Positions 1 to 8,093 of a stretch of DNA of 32,000 bases are shown one piece after another. The notes beneath the pieces were generated by a model. It saw only the letters and a list, made by a program, of their open reading frames with translations. It had not been told where the DNA came from and did not search any database. Position numbers and translations under genes: made by a program. The first letter of the stretch is position 1. Each line of letters starts with the position of its first letter. Origin of the DNA: Candidatus Saccharimonadota bacterium (GTDB taxonomy: Bacteria > Patescibacteriota > Saccharimonadia > Saccharimonadales > UBA4665); contig CP025011.1 in assembly GCA_002952755.1 (NCBI GenBank), forward strand, positions 270,001-302,000. Direction: 5' to 3'.

Positions 1-386
1 CCACCAGAGTACTTGTTATCAAGGGTAGAAAGGTACTGCTAGTCCGGGAAAAAGATGACGACTGGTGGAGCTTCCCGGGCGGCGGCGTTGATTACGGGGA
101 AACTATCCGCGATGCCTTGATCCGCGAAGTGGTTGAAGAGTTAGGTGTCGTCAAGGAGCATATTACCGTGGACGAAGCGCCGGCTTTTATCTCCATAGGG
201 GCAATTGCAAATGGTATCCCGAGATGCAATATCTTTTATCGTGCCAGCGTGCCAGAAGAAGAAATAAAACCCACAGAAGATGTTATTACCCACGCATGGT
301 ACGGCGTCGATGAGTTTAAAAACCTACGCATGGGGCCGATGGCCGACGACGTTATTATAGAGTTATGCAAGCTGTTTGGGAGTTAG
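1..386 (+). CDS. NUDIX hydrolase, 5' end cut by window edge
   Basis: Frame 3 is open from nt 3 and reads ...KGRKVLLVREKDDDWWSFPGGGVDYGETIRDALIREVVEELGV..., a complete Nudix box (G-x5-E-x7-R-E-x2-E-E-x-G). ORF-track entry 117..386 is only the tail of this frame. Confidence 0.85.
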   Translation, partial: TRVLVIKGRKVLLVREKDDDWWSFPGGGVDYGETIRDALIREVVEELGVVKEHITVDEAPAFISIGAIANGIPRCNIFYRASVPEEEIKPTEDVITHAWYGVDEFKNLRMGPMADDVIIELCKLFGS

Positions 387-451
387 GCATGAAAATCTGA
401 GCGCACATCCGGATATCTTTTTGGTATCCTGATAGTAGGAGTTTGCTACTT

Positions 452-922
452 ATGATCAAAGTTGCCGTTCTCTGGATTATAAACGAGCATGACGAGGTAC
501 TGTTGGCGCAACGCGCACTGCATAAGGCGCAAGATCCGGGCGTGTGGGGACCGGCGGTAACTGGGAAGCTCGAACCGGGCGAAACATTCGACGAAGCACT
601 GGCGCGCGAGGTAGAAGAAGAGTTATGTCTAAAAACAGCAGATTATACTCCCCGTTTTTTGTTAGAAATAGATTACAGCCATCCCGACGGCGAAGTCCGC
701 AGATTCGGTATTTACGCTACCACTATTCCTAAAGCAAAAGCGAAGATCATTCGCATAGATATGAATGAAGTTGCCAGGATTCGGTGGTTCACTATGCCCG
801 ATCTTGTAGAAAAGATGGCTCAGCATGCGAAGGAACTGGTGCCGTCGGCAAATTCGGTCTGGCCGGACACCTTCAAGGCAATGTGGCCTAAAACGCATGA
901 GATCCTGCGATCCAGTGCATAA
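452..922 (+). CDS. NUDIX hydrolase
   Basis: Nudix box GPAVTGKLEPGETFDEALAREVEEELCL. AGGAG at 437-441 is 10 nt upstream of ATG 452 but only 1 nt from the TTG at 443, so ATG 452 is preferred. Confidence 0.85.
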   Translation: MIKVAVLWIINEHDEVLLAQRALHKAQDPGVWGPAVTGKLEPGETFDEALAREVEEELCLKTADYTPRFLLEIDYSHPDGEVRRFGIYATTIPKAKAKIIRIDMNEVARIRWFTMPDLVEKMAQHAKELVPSANSVWPDTFKAMWPKTHEILRSSA

Positions 923-992
923 TCTGTACAACCGGAAGGAAATACTATCTAGTGCGTCTGTTGGAGTAAAGTAAACGGCTGTTCTAGCGAGT

Positions 993-1508
993 CTAAGAAC
1001 TGGTCTCCTTGGTGAATGTAATCTCGTCGTACCTGGGAGTATGCCATTTTACGAAGCGAAAGGTACCCCGATGCCGCGTGGTCCGCGTGCCAGTTTTAAT
1101 CACCTGCCGTATACTAAGCCGGCCAATAGTAGAGAGCGTGATCTCCTTTTTAGATTCAGGGAATCTTGCCAGAATTGTATCTCGCAACGCATACCGGTCG
1201 GGCTCTTTGAGTGGTTCCAGCTCGTCGAGCAAACCTGTCGCTATGCCGCGTTCATCTTCAGAGAAAGGGAGATCGAACCGAGTTTTTAGCTCTTTCTGTT
1301 CTTTGGTGTGCCAAGTAAGTATGGGTTCGATTTCTGTAGCATCAAGTCCCACCTCTAGGGAGCTAATGCCATGCGCCAAACGCCCAGGAAGTAACAAGCC
1401 TGGGTAATAGTCAACGCCCTCCGATTCGGCAGCCATTATACGCAGGTCCACTACGGACACACCTAATCGGGACTCGATCCCAGCAAGAGCGTTTTCTATA
1501 TCAGACAT
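993..1508 (-). CDS. hypothetical protein (171 aa), no recognisable domain
   Basis: Long ORF with ordinary protein-like composition. A TACTAT -10-like hexamer (1520-1525, minus strand) lies 11 nt upstream of the ATG. The overlapping + strand ORFs (1009..1407, 1041..1289) are Ser/Arg-rich and look spurious. Confidence 0.55.
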   Translation of the reverse strand: MSDIENALAGIESRLGVSVVDLRIMAAESEGVDYYPGLLLPGRLAHGISSLEVGLDATEIEPILTWHTKEQKELKTRFDLPFSEDERGIATGLLDELEPLKEPDRYALRDTILARFPESKKEITLSTIGRLSIRQVIKTGTRTTRHRGTFRFVKWHTPRYDEITFTKETSS

Positions 1509-1822
1509 GTATTCGAGATGATAGTAGAATATTTGCCGCTACGCAATCTTATTTTAATGAGTAGACGCTCGGTCATCGCTCTTGCTTCGAGGAATTTCGC
1601 TCCCACAGCTATTGGCTTAGTGGTGTCGAGCTGCAGCTGAACTCTTTCGCCCGCTAAAGATTGAGATGATCAATAGCTAGCCCGATGCCGGTAACTAGCT
1701 GATTAGCAGCAAATGCGCTTGACCGCTCCTAGCGGAAAGGCATCTGCGCACTCACCAAGAGTCAAACGTTGTGCACCAGACCGGCCTTAGTGGGCGAGCT
1801 ACATAGATGTCAAGGAAGACGG

Positions 1823-1851
1823 TTGACATATACTATATATGGTGTCATAAT
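1823..1851 (+). promoter_or_regulatory. sigma70-type promoter, consensus -35 plus extended -10, implies a leaderless transcript
   Basis: TTGACA (1823-1828), 17-nt spacer, TGt + CATAAT (1843-1851). ATG 1860 begins 8 nt after the -10 and has no Shine-Dalgarno. Confidence 0.5.
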
Positions 1852-1859
1852 TATACTAT

Positions 1860-2900
1860 ATGTCAGATATCTTAGGAGAATTTTCAGATCCAGGCGCATC
1901 CATTCCTTACTACGGCGATCGGATGTTGACGCCTGTAACTCTCACGGATGATGATGTGGACTCTAGAATGGCGTCCACTCAGCTTGCTAATCGTCTACTA
2001 GTGCCTACGGGGGTGTATCCAAGTAGAAGTGTCGAGGTTGTTATTGTTGACGAAGACGGGCTTCCTGTTCCGTACCCTTACTACAGTATGATATATATGT
2101 TAGGCCATCCGGACACCGAGGCGAAGTGGGATAATCCGGTATCTGGGCATTTTGTAGACTTTAGACAGTCTGCGGCTATCGGGCTTTTATCTCCGGATGG
2201 AGAGCTTACCCTTGACACCAAAGAAGCTTATTCAGCCCTTGATGCCTTAGAGTTCGACCAGTACGCACAGCGCATGGGTGATTCGTTATCGCTGGAAACT
2301 GCAGCCGCAATAGCGACTTCCATAGCAGAGCGGGACTGGCGCCATTCGCGTAAGCTAGAAGATCCCAACTTCAGCTGGCACTTAGCTAACCTTGGAGAGG
2401 CAGTAGGGAGCGCTTTATTCCCTAGGCTTTTAGATTTTGGGCCTATTATACAAGACTCCGATTTTTATAAAGACACGCTAGCTGGCTCAGCCACCGCTCG
2501 TAGATACCTTGATTTATTAGTTAGGAGTTACGAGAATGATGATTACCAATTATCAAAAGTACGTGTCGGGCAGATAGTAAGCGAAGTAATTAGACCTGAG
2601 GCGGAGAGAATCGTAAGAGAAAATACCGATGAAATTGAGGCCTTGAGGCACGAACGACAGCGGATAAGGGACCTTGCGAATGAGGAGAGCTCGTTGTTTG
2701 TAGAAGTTAGGGCAGTCCTTGATCAAGCCGAGCTTGGTAGCACTACCGAGTATGGGTCTGAAAGCGAAATCGCCCAGCATGACTCGCCGCAAGCTGATAC
2801 GGTGCAAAGCGAGAGCCCACGGCTTATAGCACGCGTCAAGACCCAGTTGCAGTCGATGAGAGAAAAGCTGAAGCGTAAGTATCTTCCCGAAAAAGATTAA
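1860..2900 (+). CDS. hypothetical protein (346 aa), acidic, C-terminal coiled-coil-like region
   Basis: Long ORF directly behind a near-consensus promoter. The C-terminal 90 aa are rich in E/R/Q heptad-like sequence (EIEALRHERQRIRDLANEE...QLQSMREKLKRK). No motif recognised. Confidence 0.6.
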   Translation: MSDILGEFSDPGASIPYYGDRMLTPVTLTDDDVDSRMASTQLANRLLVPTGVYPSRSVEVVIVDEDGLPVPYPYYSMIYMLGHPDTEAKWDNPVSGHFVDFRQSAAIGLLSPDGELTLDTKEAYSALDALEFDQYAQRMGDSLSLETAAAIATSIAERDWRHSRKLEDPNFSWHLANLGEAVGSALFPRLLDFGPIIQDSDFYKDTLAGSATARRYLDLLVRSYENDDYQLSKVRVGQIVSEVIRPEAERIVRENTDEIEALRHERQRIRDLANEESSLFVEVRAVLDQAELGSTTEYGSESEIAQHDSPQADTVQSESPRLIARVKTQLQSMREKLKRKYLPEKD

Positions 2901-2995
2901 TACAGATAGCCGTGATATTTGCTGTAGCAGACCTATTTCCAAAGGCGATCTTATATTCTAGAATAAGGTCGTCTTATTAGATTGGAGGCTACTTT

Positions 2996-3421
2996 ATGAA
3001 CATTACTTCTGACGCATCGATACAAATAAGCGCTCCCCGCGATCGCGTTTGGCAGGCTATTACTGATCCGGCAATGGTAAAGCAATGGTTTTTTGGCACG
3101 ACGGTTGAGACCGACTGGAAGGTGGGCAGTCCACTGGTATTTCGAGGGGAATGGAACGGTCAGGCATATGAAGATAAGGGTGTTATTCGAAAAATCGAAC
3201 CGGCTAAAGTTTTGGAATATACTCACCTCAGCTCGCGCACCGGCCAAGAGGACACCACAGAAAACTACGAAATAGTACGCTTTGAACTATCTGAACAGGA
3301 TGGGAGTACAACCGTAGCTATCCACGAGGAAAATCTGGCTAGCACTGAAGCACGAGACAAGTCGGTTAGCTTGTGGAGCATGGTCTTAGAAAATCTCAAG
3401 AAGCTTGTTGAGGATAAATAG
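2996..3421 (+). CDS. SRPBCC / AHSA1 (Aha1-like, YndB-like) family protein
   Basis: N-terminus ISAPRDRVWQAITDPAMVKQWFFG...DWKVGSPLVFRGEWNGQAYEDKGVIRKIEPAKVLEYT is the typical AHSA1/SRPBCC pattern. GGAGG lies 7 nt upstream of the ATG. Confidence 0.8.
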   Translation: MNITSDASIQISAPRDRVWQAITDPAMVKQWFFGTTVETDWKVGSPLVFRGEWNGQAYEDKGVIRKIEPAKVLEYTHLSSRTGQEDTTENYEIVRFELSEQDGSTTVAIHEENLASTEARDKSVSLWSMVLENLKKLVEDK

Positions 3422-3489
3422 TAGTCTGTATTTGCATTACGGGCCTGTGCGTAGAGGGTGTCTTAAAGTAGGTTCTCCTTACTTACCTA

Positions 3490-3498
3490 TGTCATACT
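3490..3498 (+). promoter_or_regulatory. extended -10 element (TGtCATACT), leaderless geometry
   Basis: The -10 ends at 3498 and ATG 3507 begins 8 nt later, with no SD. The geometry matches the 1843-1862 promoter/start pair. Confidence 0.4.
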
Positions 3499-3506
3499 TA
3501 TCCTGA

Positions 3507-4112
3507 ATGGTTCCGCTATTTGGATTTTTATCGGGTTTGCTGCCGCTACTAGGGTCTATTCCTTATATCCGGGATATTGTAAGACACGAGACGAAGCCTC
3601 ATCGTGGCTCATTTCTCATCTGGACTATCTTGGGTGGTATTGCTTTCTTTTCGCAGTTGGCGCAAGGGGCCTCTTGGTCGCTGCTGCTTCCGGCGGCGGA
3701 TACGGTGGCAACCTTGATTATTTTTGTCCAGTCGTTAGGGTACGGCGTCGGCGGCCTGAATAGACTGGACATAGGAGCGCTCACACTTGCAGCCCTTGGG
3801 CTCTTTTTGTGGTATATAACCGACCAGCCGTTTACAGCGCTACTGATTACGATAATCGTTGACGCTATCGGAGTGGCACTCACCGTGATCAAAACCTATC
3901 GCGATCCAGACAGTGAGACGTTTTCGTCGTGGCTACTGGATAGTATGGGTGGTTTATGCGCAGCACTAGCAGTCCATCGCTTGTCTCTGGACCTTTTGCT
4001 CTATCCTCTCTATCTCTTTGTTGCCGATGGAGTAGTAAACCTGACAATACTCATAGCACGGAAACAGGCGACCAATGGTTACCGTAAGAGTGCGTCATAT
4101 ATTAAGGAATAA
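3507..4112 (+). CDS. polytopic membrane protein, function unknown
   Basis: 201 aa with about 6 hydrophobic spans. The N-terminal motif IPYIRDIVRHETKPHRGSFLIW is loosely PQ-loop-like, which is only an impression. Confidence 0.6.
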   Translation: MVPLFGFLSGLLPLLGSIPYIRDIVRHETKPHRGSFLIWTILGGIAFFSQLAQGASWSLLLPAADTVATLIIFVQSLGYGVGGLNRLDIGALTLAALGLFLWYITDQPFTALLITIIVDAIGVALTVIKTYRDPDSETFSSWLLDSMGGLCAALAVHRLSLDLLLYPLYLFVADGVVNLTILIARKQATNGYRKSASYIKE

Positions 4113-4133
4113 CCATGCTACCTTTGACGATTG

Positions 4134-4895
4134 TTACCTTGTAACGATTGCTCTCGCTTGCTCGAAATCAGCCGCCGTGGGCACGATTCGTCCAGGCACC
4201 GACCACAGGTTGGCATGCTCAGCCAAGAGTAAGCCCGTCGCATTATTTACTTTATAGGTTCGATCAGAAACCGGTGGTAACTCGGCTTCTCCCTTGTGGG
4301 TAAGGAGTGTGATGCCGCATGCAGTGATGAGATTGTGGCCAAATACCAGGATTGTCGGCAGGGGCTGCGTAGGATCTGTGCGTGGCTGAAAGTCTGGCCG
4401 CTCTTTCGTTTCTTGGAACCATCGCAGCCATTGCTCGCCAGCTTCGCGCGGTGTTTGCGCCTTTCGGGTGGGTGTCTCCTCACCATGTCGAAAATCCCAG
4501 TCATCGTCAGCTTGTTGTTTTACGGCTTCCGGATATACTTCATTTCGCCGCCTTCCCTCAAAGCTTCCTTTTTGTAGTTCCCCGAGTTGAAGGGTTGGCG
4601 GAACGATAGTGAGGTTAGGCGTGTGTGTAAGCGCCAGATCACGCGTTGTTTTTGCACGGCGAGTGTCTGCGGCGTGGACACTCACAACCTGAATATTATT
4701 TCGGACTGCGAACCTTCCGAATGCTATGCCAAAGGCATGCGATTGAATGACACCTTCAGGTGCATCAATAGGCATGTCTGGGCTAAGCCCCTGTACAAGA
4801 TTGTCGGGCCGCCCTTCATATCTTGCTTTATTGACGGGTGTGATTGCGTGACGGACTAGAACTGCCAATCTGGTCGCCTCAGAGAGTTCTCCCAT
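4134..4895 (-). CDS. histidine phosphatase (phosphoglycerate mutase-like) superfamily protein
   Basis: VLVRHA (RHG-type motif), ADTRRAKTT (S/T-x2-RA-x2-T), ELQKGSFEG (E-x3-G-x2-EG) and a C-terminal VFGHN histidine, all in the canonical order. Confidence 0.65.
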   Translation of the reverse strand: MGELSEATRLAVLVRHAITPVNKARYEGRPDNLVQGLSPDMPIDAPEGVIQSHAFGIAFGRFAVRNNIQVVSVHAADTRRAKTTRDLALTHTPNLTIVPPTLQLGELQKGSFEGRRRNEVYPEAVKQQADDDWDFRHGEETPTRKAQTPREAGEQWLRWFQETKERPDFQPRTDPTQPLPTILVFGHNLITACGITLLTHKGEAELPPVSDRTYKVNNATGLLLAEHANLWSVPGRIVPTAADFEQARAIVTR

Positions 4896-4901
4896 GTGAC
4901 C

Positions 4902-4907
4902 AGTATA
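4902..4907 (-). promoter_or_regulatory. -10 hexamer TATACT, leaderless geometry
   Basis: On the minus strand TATACT is followed by 6 nt and then ATG (4895). There is no SD and no TG extension. Confidence 0.35.
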
Positions 4908-5000
4908 CTATCTTCTTGTAGCCATAACCTACAGTTCGCTCACCGGCGAGAGTAGCCGTTGTTAATTTTTATGCCTGGCACATTTTTGCTATAAGCAGAA

Positions 5001-5009
5001 TGCTATACT
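5001..5009 (+). promoter_or_regulatory. extended -10 element (TGcTATACT)
   Basis: Lies 11 nt upstream of ATG 5021. It overlaps the ORF-track start at 5000, which argues for 5021 as the true start. Confidence 0.4.
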
Positions 5010-5020
5010 GTGTAAGAAAG

Positions 5021-5857
5021 ATGTTTAACAGATACAAAATAAAAACTAGAGTAAACAAATTGATCGCCACAGGCAGTGGTGCTGTGGCGGCTGTGCTATG
5101 GGCTGCCCAAGTGGCTACGGTGTCAGCGGCATCTACGGCAGTTGCCCAAGGATTTGCAGCCACTGCTGGCACGTCAACAGCTGGCACGATTGTGAGCGCG
5201 CAGCCTAGGGTGCCCCTGCAGGTAGAGCCGGCAACGCTCGCTGCTACAAATATGGTAGGTGTAATCGGGCAAGATCCATTGCTCACACTTTCTGAGGGTG
5301 TGCCAGGTGTGCGGGTGATTATCGGCGGCACTGCCGATACGCTGGTGAGTGATATTAATGGAGCTATAAAGGCTGGCGACAGGATAACTGCCTCACCCAT
5401 TGCTGGGGTGGGCATGAAAGCAACGGCCAGCGCCCAGATTATAGGCACCGCGGCTACGAACTTTGACACCGGCGCGTCAAAAAGCCAGACAATTAGTGAT
5501 AAGGGCGGCAAGCAGCGCACTGTGCATATCGAAGAACTGCCGGTGCAAATCGCGGTGTCATATTACGCGGCATCCACCAGCAATTTCCTGCCGCCCTTTG
5601 TGCAAAATGCAGCCAATGCTATTGCCGGTACGCAAGTGTCGCTGCTCCGGGTATTCGCGGCCAGCATCGTGTCGATCTTGGGAGCCATTGGTGCCATTAC
5701 GCTCGTCTCCAGCGCTGTCCGTTCGGGGATTATCGCTCTTGGCCGCAACCCACTGGCGGCGGGCGCTATTCGGCGGGGGTTGTTAGAAGTGGGCGGCATT
5801 GTGGTGTTGCTTGCCGCTTTTACGGTTATCGTCGCCGATTTGATTCTCACGTTATAG
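5021..5857 (+). CDS. secreted/membrane protein: signal-like N-terminus, Gly/Ala/Thr-rich beta region, C-terminal two-helix hairpin
   Basis: N-terminus MFNRYKIKTRVNKLIATGSGAVAAVLWAAQVATVSAAS (basic then hydrophobic). C-terminus ...ILGAIGAITLVSSAVRSGIIALGRNPLAAGAIRRGLLEVGGIVVLLAAFTVIVADLILTL forms two TM helices. No family recognised. Confidence 0.6.
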   Translation: MFNRYKIKTRVNKLIATGSGAVAAVLWAAQVATVSAASTAVAQGFAATAGTSTAGTIVSAQPRVPLQVEPATLAATNMVGVIGQDPLLTLSEGVPGVRVIIGGTADTLVSDINGAIKAGDRITASPIAGVGMKATASAQIIGTAATNFDTGASKSQTISDKGGKQRTVHIEELPVQIAVSYYAASTSNFLPPFVQNAANAIAGTQVSLLRVFAASIVSILGAIGAITLVSSAVRSGIIALGRNPLAAGAIRRGLLEVGGIVVLLAAFTVIVADLILTL

Positions 5858-5922
5858 ACGTTTTTTGGTTTGGTGCCAGACACAGTTATCTCGTATACTA
5901 GTATACATAAGCAACATATGAG

Positions 5923-7770
5923 GTGGCGCTAGAGAGGATCATGGAACCGCAGCAGCTAGACGCGCGATCTGTTAGCGCTGATGACACGCAGCAGTCCACT
6001 GCAGCTAGTACGGGGGTTTTTGCTCCGGATGTATTGGTTTCTCCTGGCGCTTTGACTGGTCCAGGGCAAAACGCGCTAGAAGGGCCATACACTGCCGCGC
6101 CATTACCCCAGGCGCCGATACTTAAAAAGCCAAACGCTGGCTTTTGGTCTTTAAAGCGCCTAAGTCTCGTTATATTGGCGGCACTCGTCGTTACGGGGAG
6201 TGGGATCCTCTTTTTTAGACATCATACCCCGAGTACACCGGTTGTCGTGGGCAATTTTAATACCGTTCATCTGTCCCTTGACGATTTTGCCGAAACTGGT
6301 CCAACACCGAAGAAGGGAGTGCAAACGCTAACGGTGAGTGGTCGATTGCAGGCTGACGGTTCGTTTATTCTTACTCCTTCGCTACAACCAGCTACCGCCA
6401 GCCCAGGGCAGTTGTATTATGATAAAGGCGCTAACCAGCTGGCCTATTATAATGGCTCGCAATTTGTGGCACTGAGCGGCGCTTCCTCCTCCCAGAGCAC
6501 CACGGTGAATAACAGCACGACCACGATTAACGGTGCGCTCAATGCAGTTACTAGTCCGGGCGGCACAATAGGGACCCTGCCGATTTTTACCGGCGGCCAG
6601 ACGGTGGGCGACTCGATTGTGTCGCAAGTGGGCGGCAGTCTGAATGTTGGTGGCAACCTTAATCTTATTAATAACGCGCCTGCAACATCAATGACGATCT
6701 GGGATCCTACGACGGTGCCCGCTACGCCTAATTTTGTTGACGCTAACGCCGTGGAACTCGGTTTAAAATTTCAGAGCGACGTCAGCGGTCTGGCCACCGG
6801 TATACGTTTTTATAAGGGAACGCAAAATACCGGGGCGCACGTGGGTAATTTATGGACAAGAACTGGTACGCTTCTGGCTACGGTGAACTTTACCAACGAA
6901 ACTGCTTCGGGCTGGCAGCAGGCTAATTTCAGTTCGCCCGTATCACTTGATCCTGCCACTACGTATATTGTTTCGTATCATACCAATGTCGGGTTTTATT
7001 CGGCAGATTCGCTGTACTTTGCAGGGCATGAGTTCGATCATCCGCCCTTGCACGCTCTTCAGAGTGGCGCAGATGGTACCAACGGGGTATTTGAATACAG
7101 CAACACAAGTACCTTTCCGAGCACCCAACGCGGAGGAGGTTCTAACTACTGGGTGGATGTAGTGTTCACGCCGAGCTCTAATCCAGGGCGTTTTGAGATT
7201 GCTGGCGCGCAAATCAGTTCATCGGCGCTTGCCAATAATTATGACATTGCTAAACGGAGCAACGATCAGGCGTTTACGGGCATCAATACCTTCCGCAATG
7301 CTACCGATTCCGGCGCTAGTTTTGTCATTCAGGATGCCGCTGCCACACCACTCTTTACGGCGGATACGATAAACGCCCGGATTACGATTTCCAAGCTAAT
7401 CGTGAATACCGACATAACCATTAACGGGCATATCATAACCAACGGCACGCAGCCACCGGTTATAACGGCAGGACCAGCAGCATGCACTACGCCAACGGTT
7501 ACTGCGGTAGGCGATGACACTGCGGGGCTGTTGACAGTAACCACCGGCACAGGCTGTGCGGGCGTGGGCAAGCTGGCAACTGGCACCTTTTTCGCTCCCT
7601 TTGTGGCCGCTCCGCGCGTGTTCTTAACGCCAGCCAATAGCAATGCGGCTGGTTTAACGACGTATATAGATAGTGCAACAATCAGTCCGACGGCATTCGA
7701 TTTGCAGGTAAGCGGTGGCACTATTGCAGACACTACAACCTATAAGTGGTATTACGCAGTCATACAGTAA
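5923..7770 (+). CDS. membrane-anchored surface protein with DUF4082 domain and H-type-lectin-like C-terminus
   Basis: One TM (aa 76-98). Aa 258-415 read AVELGLKFQSDVSGLATGIRFYKGTQNTGAHVGNLWTRTGTLLATVNFTNETASGWQQANFSSPVSL...TTYIVSYHTNVGFYSAD...SNYWVDVVF, a close match to my memory of DUF4082. The C-terminal FFAPFVAAPRVFLTPANSN...ISPTAFDLQV...YKWYYAVIQ resembles an H-type lectin domain. The start could instead be ATG 5941 (GAGAGG just upstream). Confidence 0.8.
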   Translation: MALERIMEPQQLDARSVSADDTQQSTAASTGVFAPDVLVSPGALTGPGQNALEGPYTAAPLPQAPILKKPNAGFWSLKRLSLVILAALVVTGSGILFFRHHTPSTPVVVGNFNTVHLSLDDFAETGPTPKKGVQTLTVSGRLQADGSFILTPSLQPATASPGQLYYDKGANQLAYYNGSQFVALSGASSSQSTTVNNSTTTINGALNAVTSPGGTIGTLPIFTGGQTVGDSIVSQVGGSLNVGGNLNLINNAPATSMTIWDPTTVPATPNFVDANAVELGLKFQSDVSGLATGIRFYKGTQNTGAHVGNLWTRTGTLLATVNFTNETASGWQQANFSSPVSLDPATTYIVSYHTNVGFYSADSLYFAGHEFDHPPLHALQSGADGTNGVFEYSNTSTFPSTQRGGGSNYWVDVVFTPSSNPGRFEIAGAQISSSALANNYDIAKRSNDQAFTGINTFRNATDSGASFVIQDAAATPLFTADTINARITISKLIVNTDITINGHIITNGTQPPVITAGPAACTTPTVTAVGDDTAGLLTVTTGTGCAGVGKLATGTFFAPFVAAPRVFLTPANSNAAGLTTYIDSATISPTAFDLQVSGGTIADTTTYKWYYAVIQ

Positions 7771-7920
7771 TAATTGGGTGATAAATAAGGTGTATGGTTT
7801 TTTTAGTCTGTTGAAAAGACAGGCACTATCTTCTATGTTGTCGCACCTTTTACGGCCAAGTATGCTCATAAAAAGGTCAATAAGCTGCCAGACGCGAACA
7901 GTCAAAAGCCATAAGCGGCA

Positions 7921-7929
7921 TGCTACAAT
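7921..7929 (+). promoter_or_regulatory. extended -10 element (TGcTACAAT), candidate promoter of the pilus operon
   Basis: The same 9-mer also occurs at 14776 and 27539. It lies 24 nt upstream of ATG 7954 and about 165 nt upstream of pilB. Confidence 0.4.
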
Positions 7930-7953
7930 AATGTAATAAGCAGAGGCAAACCT

Positions 7954-8073
7954 ATGGCGGATCAAAAACATGTCTTAATCGTCGAAGACGGAAAGTCATT
8001 GGCGTGTATGCTTGAACTCAAAAGATTTGATGTGTCGCTGCATGTGATTATCGAAGAGGTAAAAAAGGCGTAG
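7954..8073 (+). CDS. 39-aa ORF resembling the first ~35 residues of a response-regulator receiver domain (probable remnant)
   Basis: MADQKHVLIVEDGKSLACMLELKRFDVSLHVIIEEVKKA has the beta1 strand plus acidic pair (VLIVED) and alpha1 pattern of CheY-like receivers. It stops before the phospho-acceptor Asp. AGAGG lies 7 nt upstream. The ORF is below the ORF-track length cutoff. Confidence 0.3.
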   Translation: MADQKHVLIVEDGKSLACMLELKRFDVSLHVIIEEVKKA

Positions 8074-8093
8074 TAACTTAAGGTGCGGTGGGC

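Noticed and set aside
1509-1859. Hidden small gene or tRNA in the divergent spacer.
   Set aside because: Every stretch I translated was cut by stops after at most about 26 codons, and none had a convincing SD. No cloverleaf or GTTCGAATC-like T-arm was seen here or elsewhere in the window.
5650-5857. C-terminal hairpin of the 5021..5857 product as an ATP synthase c-subunit homologue.
   Set aside because: Only the GxxxG helix and an R-N-P loop are reminiscent. The acidic residue in helix 2 is about 7 positions out of register. The hairpin is appended to a 200-aa secreted domain, and no other ATPase genes are nearby. I kept it only as a descriptive note.
7654-7971. ORFs 7654..7971 (-) and 7715..7936 (+) in the gap between the DUF4082 gene and pilB.
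   Set aside because: They mutually overlap in an AT-rich intergenic stretch, have odd composition (Cys/Leu/Ile/Arg-rich) and no start-site signals. The region more plausibly holds the operon promoter.
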